Below, piece by piece: positions 50,311 through 61,659 of a stretch of DNA of 64,000 bases; within the stretch, counting starts at the first letter, position 1; each line of letters opens with the position of its first letter. The notes below the pieces were generated by a model. That model was given only the letters and a program-made list of their open reading frames with translations, had not been told where the DNA came from and did not search any database. Made by a program: the position numbers and the translations under genes. Origin of the DNA: Macrostomum lignano (lineage: Eukaryota); assembly GCA_002269645.1 (NCBI GenBank), contig NIVC01000530.1:310001-374000 (forward strand), written 5' to 3'.

Positions 50311-50557
50311 AACTTCAGAAAATTGCGTAAGTTTTGGAAGTCTTAAAATGTCTGCTGCTTTTTATTAAGATTTATTTTCGTAATGCTCACACTCACACTA
50401 ATTTATTTTAGTTCGCAAACTTGGAACCAAAAACAACTGCACATATCATCAGAGTCTCCTTTTCACGGTAGCATTCGCAGTTGAGTTCACTGTACGCTCG
50501 TTGTTGAGTACAAAAATGCTATTTTTATACCCTAACGTCATGCTAAAAAACGACTGG

Positions 50558-50559
<2 letters not shown>

Positions 50560-50597
<38 letters not shown>

Positions 50598-50612
50598 GTT
50601 ATATATATATAT
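50560..50612. repeat. (AT)n microsatellite
   Basis: Run of ATATAT interrupted by GTGGTT. Confidence 0.9.
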
Positions 50613-51017
50613 AAATATCATAACCACACCCTGTTTATGAGCATGCGAGATATATTGAAAACTTTCTTGATACTACACTGATCGTCTTGAACTCGAGAAA
50701 TTCGCGTATCTTTAGTGTCCCAATTATGCTAGGTTTTTAATAAAATTTAATCATCTTTCTGACACTAATTTGTTTTTATTCTTCAAAACGGACCTAAAGG
50801 CTGCACAAAACAGAGTCCCTTTTTACACGGTAGCATTCGCAGTTGAGCAAACTCACCTCGGTACGCTCGATATTGAGTCCCTGCAAATTTTTAGACCTTA
50901 CCGTCATGCCAAAAGACGATTGGTTACTGCATTAAATAGCTCGTATATATCACACCCTTTCTAATAGCCTGCTTGATATTTCGAATTAAGTTTGAGCTCC
51001 TCAGTTTAAAAGGAATC

Positions 51018-53017
51018 ATGGTAAGCCTCACTAAATATTGTCAACCTTATTATTCGAAAAACAATTCAAAGAAATCCAAGCAACTGAAATGCAAAGATAC
51101 TGATAGTTAGATATCAGTATCTTTGCGTCTTGTCTAAGTAGTAAATCTCAAAAATTATACAGACTAATGAAAATGTGATAAAATTTTAGATTACACATCT
51201 GTCGCTTTCGTTGATTGTGTTTTCAATGACGTTCTGTCCGTAAGTGAATCAATAAACGATGAAGATAACTAGATTTCGTAACACTATATATCATGATTTT
51301 TTTATTTCAAATCAAATTGCCCCTTTTTCTTTTTTTGTGACGCAGGTCGACCCAGGAAAACCACTACTGCCTCCATGGAGAGTCGGTCACAGTGCACATA
51401 GACGACTATTACAACCGAAAGGAGACCATCGTTCCCATGATTCTGGGCGAGTCAACTAAAGGCCAACGTAAGCCCAAGCAATGCAGGTGGGACATCCGAT
51501 TAAAGACAGCGAATCCCGGCATGCAACTCGTGATTGCAGCGGTGCCCAGCAAGAAAGACCGATCGACAACTGCCGATGGGGAAGCCAAAATGTCGGTCAA
51601 CTTTTTCAACCGCAATTCTGCGGGATTTAACGTTACGACTGGCATGTTTCAAGTTCTACCAACGACAGAGCAGTGAGTAAAGCTCAAGATGATGCTGTTT
51701 GTCTCGTTAGCGTTCCATGAATCACCGAAAACTTCGCGATTTCATTTCAGTCGGCGCTTCACCGTCGACCTCAAATGGGATCCAGTAATGCAGCAACCGA
51801 GCTCCGACAACCTGAGGATATTGCTGCCGATTCCGGGACAGTGCGGCCGAGACATGCTGTGGTTCAGTGGCAGCTGCTATGCTGTCAGTGCAGTGCGGCA
51901 GAGTATGGCTGACGCTACGGATAGCGTTGGAGGCGATGCTCAGCTGGCCAGCTTCTCCAGCATGGCTGAGATCAGCGAGTTCATCGCTGCCAGTGAGTTA
52001 TCATTAGTTGTCTTTGTAACTGAACTGATCTCAGTTAAACAACTCAAAAACACTTTTCTTTTGTATTGCAGACACGGCAAGGCTGAATGAGTTTCCCTAC
52101 CGAAGTCCTCTGAGCCTGCGCCAGCCGGTCCGTCTCGGCATGTTTCTGAACGCATCCTCTGCCACCGTGCTGACCGCCGTCAGAAGTGACAGCGGCTGCG
52201 TGCTGAAGTCTGAAAAGTTCGAAAACATTACGTAAGTTGTTCAATTTGGATACATCTGGAATCTTCTTTACCAATTTTGCACCACTACTTCTACATCAAT
52301 TTGAAAGCATCGAGTAATTTTCCTGTTCAACAGACAATCTTTTTTGCTCTCATTGATTTTAATTGATTCAGAGCGACTGGTCGAGAGAAAGGTCCGTGCC
52401 TCTCTCTCAGAGTGACCGAGTCCGACAGAGCGGTGGTCGAGTTCGGCGACTGCGGCAGCCCGATGCTGTCGCTGTTGAGCTTCCCGGAGACTGCGCGCTC
52501 CGTGCCGAGCTCAGTAGCGCACTGCAGTGGCAGCGAGGTGGCGACTCTTCTGGATCGGCTTCAGAGTCGCTTTGCGGATGCCGAGTCCAGTCCAGAGTTT
52601 TCTGCTCAGAGGAAAAACTCTTCATCAAGCGGAGGATATGAGTCCTTTTTCCAGAAGAATCAGGCTTTTATCTATCCTGCCATTATCGTTGGTGCACTGT
52701 TGCTGATTGCTGTCTTCGTGGTGCTGGCGTTCGCGGTGAAGCGTCGACGGCGACGGCGTTCTCAGCTGAAAGAATCAAATCCTGAGTCTGTCGTCTTTCA
52801 TCTGCCTGGTGTCCGCCGTTCAGTGTCCACTCGCTCCGATTGCGACGAGGTCACTGACCGAGGCACCTCGGCCGGCGTATTGTTAGAAGATCATCACGGG
52901 AAGGTCGCTATGGAAAAATTACTTTCCAAAGGCAATCAACCTCTGTTAGATGGTCCGCTAAGTTTACGTCGTGAATCGCAGACTTTTGATGTCATTGATT
53001 CTGACATTGCTTTATGA
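51018..53017 (+). CDS. Cluster gene F: 475 aa, apparently chimeric (G-like ectodomain, E-like stalk/TM)
   Basis: Exons 51018-51020 (ATG only, tentative), 51190-51239, 51346-51672, 51751-51992, 52072-52231 and 52372-53017 join in frame (1428 nt). Confidence 0.75.
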
Positions 53018-53804
53018 TTTTTATGGTTTCGCGAGTATGTTCGTTTTGGTTTTGCACCGAGCCTTTTCTGTAAAATTTTTATGTAAAGAACCCAAGTATG
53101 TGACAGAAAATTATATCCAGATTCCTACAGTTTTAATGTTTTTCTTTCATTCGAATTTTTAAATCAATTTTTGGATCCGTAATGTGTTGCTTCAGCCAGA
53201 GTTTTCTGTACAGACTCACCTCTTGACATGCTTCATCCGAAAAGAGTTTTTTAACTACACACATCTGCGCATGTGTCTGAATAAGAATTTCGGATATGAT
53301 ATATTAATATAATTTTCTATGGCAGCTCACTGATGTTTGATAATTCATTTTTTTCAGAAGGATTCTTGAGAGAATGGAAATTTTAAAATGTTACATTTAT
53401 AATGGACAGATTTGCTCTGTCACAGAAATAGAAAAAGACACGGTGGCAGTGCAGTCTAAAGGGATTTGCATTCTACTCATAACTTGCATTGCAATCTTAA
53501 TACAGGTGTAGCTCAGGTCGAACGAACTCAAACCTCAAATTGTGAAAGTTCAATTTCAGGACAGCTGCTAGCAAAATAACAAAAGTGGCTACTGCAGAAA
53601 GATTTGAAGCTATTTTCCAACTTTTCTGCCACTGAGTACACCCACAGGTATAGAAACTGTCGGTAAGTATTAAATGCAGTGCACACATCGTGCGCTACAC
53701 AATATCGTACTTGCTTTGTAACAGTGTACTTTGCATTTTCTCATAACACTTTTTTCTGTCGATCTTCTAAAAATAAAAATGATGGCCGCTCAGTACCTTG
53801 TTAG

Positions 53805-53943
53805 TAGGAAACGAGCCAAATTTCAAGCCTTAGAAAATTCCTGAACAAGGTACTACTCTATGGGCAGGGATGCCATAAAAACAAGCCTTCGCGTGAACAC
53901 CGAATACACAAGCTTAATCCGTGTGCATTGAAACTGATCTCAC
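53805..53943 (+). promoter_or_regulatory. Putative proximal promoter block of gene G
   Basis: Ends ~58 nt before the ATG at 54001 and is conserved with 48244-48384. Confidence 0.4.
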
Positions 53944-54000
53944 CGATTAAATATTATTGGATATTGGACAGCCACTATACGGAAAATGTGTCAATCTGAT

Positions 54001-56464
54001 ATGAGCTGGTTTCTGGTCATTGGCGTGCTTAGTTCACTGGTCTCCAAGTAAGTGCAGCATCTGAACTGATAAAATTGATTGATGCACTAAAATGCACCAA
54101 ATGTATCAATAGCTAATCTTTTTAGCTATTTTTTAGAATGTGGGTGTGAGCAGTTAGTTTATTTAAAAATAGGTTATAATGTTGTGCACTCTTTTAGTAC
54201 CTTCTGGGATGTCAGCGATGTCTATGCTAATATACGCTCGATGAAAACAGTCACTGGCACCTTCTTGATAGAAGTATTGTCGACTTTATGCACATCACTG
54301 AAACTGCTCACTGAAACACTTCACTGAAGATGCTTAGATTGGCATAAAAAGTTCTTACAAAAGTACACGATAGCACGCATAAAATCAAGCAGCATAAGCT
54401 AGGCAGCTAATGAAACCAAAACAAGCACTATGCTTTAGTCGTTGGCGTAGCTCGAACTTTTTTCACTTGTCCCATTGTAAGTGGTACTTTACCCAGCACA
54501 ATGTACAATGAACTAAGATGTCCTTGGTATCCTGGCTATACTCGTAGATACGTACGGTGACACATGCTGTTCACACCTCGCTGAGCGACTGTTCTCTCAC
54601 TTATTAGGTGAGGTGACACACAGTTTGGAATCTAATTTGCAGATCTGTTGGTGAGAACCACTACTGCATCAACGGAGGAATAAGGATGGTGGAATTGGAT
54701 GAAAACCTCAACTGGAATGAGACGATAGTTCCTCAGTTCCTTAGCAAAACTTCACAAGATCAACTAAAAAAGTGCAGGTGGGACATCAAATTGAAGACAG
54801 CGAATTCCGGCACGCAGCTCATGATTGCAGCGGTGCCCAGCAAAAACAATCGATCAACTGCTGATGGGGAGGTTGAAATGTCGGTCGACTTCTTGAACAG
54901 CAATTCCATCAGCGTTACGACCGGCATGTTTCAAGTTCTACAAGCGACAGAGCAGTGAGTACAGCTCAAACTGATTCTTTTTGTCTTGTTAGCGTTCAAT
55001 TAATCAAAAACATTTTGCGACTTTATTTCAGTCGGCGCTTCACCGTCGAAGTCAGCTGGGATCCACGGAGGCAGGCACCGAGCTCCGACAACCTGAGGAT
55101 TTTGCTGCCGATTCCAGGAAAGTGCGGCCGAGACATGCTGCAGTTCAATGGCAGCTGCTATGCTGTCAGTGCAGTGCGGCAGAGTATGACTGACGCTACG
55201 GATAGCGTTGGAGGCGATGCTCAGCTGGCCAGCTTCTCCAGCATGGCTGAGATCAGCGAGTTTATTTCTGCTAGTGAGTCATTATGAGTTGTCTTCGTAA
55301 TTGACTTTTTTAAGTACGTATCAGCGGCCTCAAGCACACTAATCCTGTCTCATGGAATTGCAGACACGGCAAGGCAGGATAAGTTACCCTACCGACGGCC
55401 CCTGGGTCTGAAACAGCCGGTCCGCCTCGGCATGTTCCACAATGCATCAGCTGCTGCCGTGTTGTCCGCGGTCAGGAGTGACAGCGGCTGCCTTCTGCAG
55501 CTTGTGTCGAATTCGTTTAACTTTTCGTAAGGCTTTGAGTCTGTTGGAATTTTGTTTTTAACTGTTTAAATTTCACCTCTGTCTGTCTACGTCTCGCGTG
55601 TAGGGTAAATTGTGGAGCCAGTTCGAAAATTGATGGCCTTTGGCGCTCGCTGATAAGCTGGACCTTCTCCTTGTATCCTTCCATAATTCGTGTTCAAATT
55701 TCCCTGGGCCCTGTATTACTTAAGCCATCCAAACACGCTGTTGATCTATTCAAATCCAAATCTTTTACCCAGTCGGAATTTCAGTTTGGATTCGGGATTT
55801 ACGTCAGGGACGTCATGCTGGCTCATGCGGAATCTTTATCTCGTATGAGCCAAATAAAGCCCATGAATTGCATGCAGCACAATATTAAAATATTTTCAGA
55901 CTGACTGGCCGAGAGAGAGGTCCATGTCTGTCTCTAAGGGTGACTGACGAAGACTCAGCTGTGGTCGAGTTCGTTAATTGCAGCAGCCCGATGCTGTCGC
56001 TGCTGAGCTTTCCTGAGACTGCGCGCCCCGCGCCGAACTCAACAGCGCACTGCAGCGGCAGCGAGCTCATAAAGCTGGTTCAACTGAAGCTGAGCTATCA
56101 AGTCAGCACAACTCTGAGCCCGAGCCAGATTCATTCTCGGAGAACTCGGATAGCGGTTTTCTCTTCCGTTGGCTTGGGTGTCCCCTTGCTGATTGGCGTC
56201 CTTGTCGGCTTGGCGTGCGTGCTGTACCGGCGACAAAGGAGTTTCGATATCCGAGGAAACAATCCGGAAGGAGACCAACAACAAGACCCTGCAAGGGCCG
56301 TTTCAGCAATCTCAGATAACAATCCGGTAAGACAGCGAAACCCAGTAATGTCCGGCTTCAGACGTCTGTCTTCATTCCGTCAAAGTTGCCGAGAAAGAGG
56401 GGACCGTGGAATTGCATTAGCGGAACAAAACGCACCGCTTGACCCCAACGCTAATCAACCATAA
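54001..56464 (+). CDS. Cluster gene G: 442 aa, intact
   Basis: Exons 54001-54047 (MSWFLVIGVLSSLVSK), 54643-54954, 55032-55273, 55364-55526 and 55900-56464 join in frame (1329 nt). TM IAVFSSVGLGVPLLIGVLVGLACVLY. Confidence 0.8.
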
Positions 56465-58359
56465 TTGTCTTCGCGGCGTTCAGATATTCCATCTTCGAAT
56501 TGAATTAGAATATTAAACATGAATAAAGCTATAATAATATAACTGATCGCACTTACTGTAGCTAATATATAAATTAACCTTCTCAATTTATAATTTTTTA
56601 GTGATTATTGCATATCGTTTAACTGTTTACTTAATATGCTTGAATTGCCAAAGCTTGTAATAGACAAAGTCAATGTTTATAACTCGTACATGTATTGAAT
56701 AATTTTTATGGTGCAACACTTCAACGAAAGTATTTACAATGATTTTAAAAATAACATTTATAGCTATTTACTTTCTGCACCACAATGTTTTGGAGTTGCC
56801 TGTTGAACGTGCGAATATGCAGTTTATTTTGTTGGTAAATTTTTAGTTCTAAATATATTAAAAGTATTAGCTAATGCCCTCTGACCCCTCTCTTCTCGTT
56901 TTTATCTTTATACTGCGTACAGCTATATATTATATATCTAACATTTCTTATGCAAGCATGCAGTTTTTTTTATTTTGTATTAGCTTTTGCTGAAAGCAAT
57001 ACCTCCTAGTTTTCCGAAACTTTCCGCCCGTTGTCTTGAAGAGCTTAAAACTGGCTGACAATGTCTACAAATTATGACTTTTTCGCTTTTTTAATTGCAT
57101 GATTTTACTCTAGCCTTAATACAGACTTAATTCAGATTATTACTGATTCTTGGCAGTGTATATTTTTGTTTTTAATATTTTAGCTGACAGTTTTTACCGG
57201 TTTATTAAGCTTATAATTAAAGCATATTATTCGAATTAAGAATTTAAATTATTGATGCGCTTTTATTTTCAGTTATGTATTATTGATGCCTTACTTTTAT
57301 AAACCAAATAAACCTCACTGAAGTAAATGAGTATCACTACATAAGCTACACATTAGCTAACATAATAGTACATTAAATCTGGAGTCAAATTTTTACATTT
57401 TCATGCCAAATTGACCCTAGCTACAGATTTTGTACGCGTTTGGCGAACGCTGCTTGGTACAGTACGTGCAGAGTTATTTTTGGACCAGATAACGGGGGAA
57501 CTTTGATTCAATACAAGCGTCCCCCGTGTTCATGTACATTGCAATGTACATGTTTCTAAAAATAGAAAACGAAAACACAAAAATATTCTTGATTCGAAAT
57601 GTTCCGTATTAGAAAACTTTAGTCTGTCATAATTTGATGCAAAATTCTCATACCTTGATTGGCTGAAACATCTTTGCTTAAAAGGCTGCATATTCAAATA
57701 ATTTTTTGAGAATCTACTCGGTAGTTATCAAAAGAAAAAAGTTGGGCAAAGAAATTTTGCTTTTAACTGTCGCTTTCCTGGTGAGCCACCTATGTGAATC
57801 AGATTTTCTATGTTTTATTGGCACAGCTGCGAGGAAAAAATCAATATAATCCGGCCTACATGTTTTACATTTCAGATGCGTGTTCTACCGTGGCATCTAC
57901 TAATACTCGAACTTACATGCAGTTCGTTAGTTGCATTGTAAGTGTTTTTGGTAAAAAAGTGACTGAAATGTTTTAGCCTATTTGACAATGATTGAATAGT
58001 AGACCTTCTTTTCCTAGTGTGTCAGAACATAATTGATATTTAATCCCAGATTTCAATTAACGTCTTGCGGAATATTTCCTTCCAGCAGATTTTGTTTAGC
58101 TTTGCTGCTTGTAGAAGATTATTAATTACTACAAAGTGTCGGTACTGATAGGTTCAGAACCGGAGGTTATATTTGTTAGCTAACAGACGAAATTGAAGGC
58201 AGCTTAGGCCTACGAGGAACGGGTCTGATATGACCATATAGAAATAAGTTGCTCGTTTGCTCAAAGCAACAAGCCGACTGCACTTATACATGACCCCCTG
58301 AGCTCACAGGGTGCACAACGGTCCTGACTTTCTGATCTTTAGTAACAATAATAAATAAT

Positions 58360-58610
58360 AATACTTGATTATTATTTATTAATTGGGCCAATTGGGCCAG
58401 ATGTGCAACCGACAGCTCAGCCGCAGCTATTGCGCGGCGCATCTGAAGGCTGCGTACGGCTGTTCAGTCCAAGGACTGGGGGGTCACCACACACCCTCAA
58501 TTACCCCAGCTAATGCTGGCACCCACTTTACAGCTGGGCGAACTGAAGCAATGCAGAGTTAAGTGTCTTGCTCAAGGACACAAATTTTTTCCAGTGGGAT
58601 CTGGAATCTT
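58360..58610 (-). mobile_element. 5'-truncated copy of the same SINE family
   Basis: The reverse complement reads TGTGTCCTTGAGCAAGACACTTAACTCTGCATTGCTTCAGTTCGCCCAGCTGTAAAGTGGGTGCC, matching ~44985-45050. Confidence 0.7.
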
Positions 58611-59104
58611 TAGACAAGTGTATATTAGAATATTGATTCTGATGGATTCAGCAAACAGTTTGTATTGGCGTAATGTGTACAGGGACAGCAAAAAACATTT
58701 TTGTAAACATTTTAAGTAAAAAATCAGTTTGTGCAAAAAATATTAAAAATTTATTAATTTTATTAATCCAGCATGCATCTTTGGATGTACGCTCGTAGAA
58801 GTAACGTTCGAAGCTTGCAGCAAAATACACTGAAAATAAGTCTAGCCTACTCAGATTCAGTAGTGTAGAACGCTCTCTATTTTTATCTCAAGTTTTTCCG
58901 GATTTTTTACTACTTAAAAAAATTTTGCCTCGGAGATTTGCCCCCTCATGGGCGATCCTGGGAAAAATTTTTAGACCAAAAATTAAATCATAAATCATAA
59001 ATCACAAATCATAATTCTGCTCTGGTGATTTTTGCACTCATAAATAATGGAAACTGATACAAGTTCCAAGTTATAACTAAGCCTGGCTCTTGTCTCAATT
59101 GCAG

Positions 59105-59795
59105 AACCAACTCAGCTAATCACTACTGCGTGAACCGGCACACACTACGACTAGAAATGGACGACTTCCATCACCGGGACGAGACCATAATTCCCTGGCT
59201 GCCTGACGAGACCGAGCACAGCAGGCTGCTGGAGTCGAAGAGGTGCCGCTGGAATGTCAAGCTCAAATCGCCGAAGCCCAGTCAGCAGCAGGTTGTCCTC
59301 GAAGGAGTGCCTAGCAGCGGAGGAATGGAGGAATGGAGGAGTTCAACCTTGGCAAATCAAACAGAGATACCGCTAGAAATTCTGGGAATCAGTGCTCATG
59401 CTTCCCAGGCTGTAGGCGTTGGCACGTTGCGTGTGATTGCATTGAATAAAATGTAATAATTTTCCTTCATAAAACATGAATACAGACAATTTCACCCGGA
59501 TTCTTAAATTATTACCAAATTTGCTGTTACCTCGCCACACCTTAACCCAACAGGGAGTTCTTCTCCGTCAGAGCAAATTATAATCCTAGGCGGCAAAAAA
59601 TGCAGCTGAAAAAGCTTAGGATTGCCATGCCACTTCCCAGAGTCTGCAGTCGAGGCATGCTCAACTATAACGGCAAATGCTACGCTTTGAGCACGGTTGG
59701 ACAGAATTTAACAGCCGCAATGTCCAGCATCAGAGGCGATGCTCAGCTGGCCAGCTTCTCCAGCATGTCTGAGATCAGCGAGTTCGTTTTTGCCA
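59105..59795 (+). pseudogene. Cluster gene H: exons 2-3 only; exons 4-5 absent from the window
   Basis: Exon 59105-59452 (NHYC...KRCRWNVKL) and ~59572-59795 (CSRGMLNYNGKCY...GDAQLASFSS). No PVRLGM exon precedes the retrotransposon. The gene could be completed beyond 64000. Confidence 0.6.
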
Positions 59796-59901
59796 GTGAG
59801 TTGAGCTCAATGCTATACTCAGCAACAGCTAAGCCTCCCCCAGTGGAGCAGTGTGATAATGTTGAGGCAAGGACAACTAAAGCAACGTATATGCAGGACG
59901 A

Positions 59902-60427
59902 AACACTCGAAATCTATGGAGAAAGTTTTGGGGGCCGCTTTTCGCCAGGAATACACTACGGAGATGGGAAGTTTTCATTTTTTCAGCACCAGAATTGTTA
60001 TTGCTTTTGATAGGAGGCAGGTCCATTGTTCATCTTTTGATATGCTGTGCCTTTCTGTATGTCCTGTGCCTAAAAACCATTAAAATGGCACTGATCGGCT
60101 CAATATATTGGTTTTATGAATCTATTTTGTCATTCTCAGCTGACTGTGTAACAGAGATGATAAAATAGATTCACAAAACCAAAGATTTAAGCTATGCCAT
60201 ACACTTTTATGATTTTGGGTACAGGAAAATTAAAATAGAGTCCTAATTTTCTGAACGAAAAGCTACATGTACATGTATAAGAAAGGCACGACATAGCAAA
60301 CGATGGACATTATTGGGTCGAAAACAGAAACAATTTTTGTCCTGAAAAAATGAATACTTCCTATCTCCGTAGTGTACTTTTTGGCGAAAAGTAGCTTTAA
60401 AAACATTTTCAATAGATTTCGAGTGTT
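59902..60427. repeat. Diverged inverted repeat, arms ~59902-60060 and ~60276-60427
   Basis: Shared AACACTCGAAATCTAT, TTTTCGCCA, TACACTACGGAGAT, TTCATTTTTTCAG and GTGCCTTTCT in opposite orientation. Confidence 0.7.
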
Positions 60428-60644
60428 GCATCTGATGTGGATGGATTCTTACTAGTATATCCATGTCTATGGCCTTGACCTCCACCGCCAACGTGCTAAG
60501 AGGCAGGTCGATTAAATATATTGTTTTAAGCTCCTTGGCTCGCCATCAGAGCAGCCCAAGTTACATTATACCAAAGCATATAACATGGCATCGCAAGCAG
60601 GCACTGAAACCGTGTGCTAAAGCTTCTGGCAAAGAAACCACAAG

Positions 60645-61570
60645 ATGCCCCCAAAGCAGCAGCGCTCTACGTCGGCATCGCCTTCAAGGCAGAAGCCAGA
60701 AAAGTCGGAACGATCAGCAGCAGCATCAGCAGCAGCATCAGCATCAGCAGCAGCATCAGCAGCAGCAAATATCTCACCAACTGGACAAGCTGAGCTGAAA
60801 CTATCTCTGCCTGGTTCGCACATCCCTCGACTAGACCTATCAGTAGATACGATCGATGATTTCGACGCTTGGAGAGCGACTCTTGAGGCATACTTCGATG
60901 CAGTTAACATCCAGCACGAGGAATCAGACAGCATCCACGTAACTCAGAAGAAAATGGCAGCTCGACGAGCTTGCATGTTGAACGCATTTACATCTGCTAC
61001 CTTCTCGAAGTATAAGAATCTACCTCTGACGGATCAACAATTCAAGGACCCAGAGATCGTCATGAATTCCATCAGAGATCACGTACTCGGACAGGTTAAT
61101 ATCATCGTAGAGAGGAACAGGTTCTGGAAACGGCAACAAAATGACGGAGAAAATTTTAACGACTATGTCATGCGATTGAGGGACTTGATGCGAACATGTA
61201 TGTTCTGTAAGCATTCCGACGACTTACTGAGGGATAAAATTGTGCTAGGAGTACGAAATCCGGAGACAATCAAGCGTCTATTAGCACAGCCAGATCTCTC
61301 TCTCTCGCTGACGCGCTGACAATATGTAGATCAGAGGAAGCTTGTGAGATCCAAAAAAATGAAATCTGCACAGCTTCACAGGTGTCCATAGTGCGCAAAC
61401 ACCGAGGAAAAACTCCAGGTGGGGCCCGGTCAAAGACTCCAGAAGCAAAGAAATGCACTGCCTGTGGCAAAGGGCGACATCAGCGCTCAGAATGTCCCGC
61501 CAAGGACAAGAAGTGCTTTAACTGCGGTCGCATTGGACATTTTGGTTCCATGTGCCGGTCCAGTCGCAGC
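60645..61570 (+). pseudogene. gag: Retrotransposon gag with two CCHC knuckles, frameshifted near 61300
   Basis: LRDKIVLGV...IKRLL, CTACGKGRHQRSEC and CFNCGRIGHFGSMC. Confidence 0.85.
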
Positions 61571-61659
61571 ACTGGTCATCCGGATAAAAGGCGACCACCG
61601 AGAATGTCAACTTTGGTTGCTACACTGGAACCCGCAACCCCAACAGTAGTAGTCTCGAT

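Noticed and set aside
20321-50926. Shared TTGGT(T/C)A motif upstream of genes B, E and F
   Set aside because: Too short, variably spaced and not clear in the other paralogs.
60715-60765. (GCA/GCATCA)n tract as a separate repeat or polyQ gene
   Set aside because: It is a low-complexity Ala/Ser stretch within the gag N-terminus.
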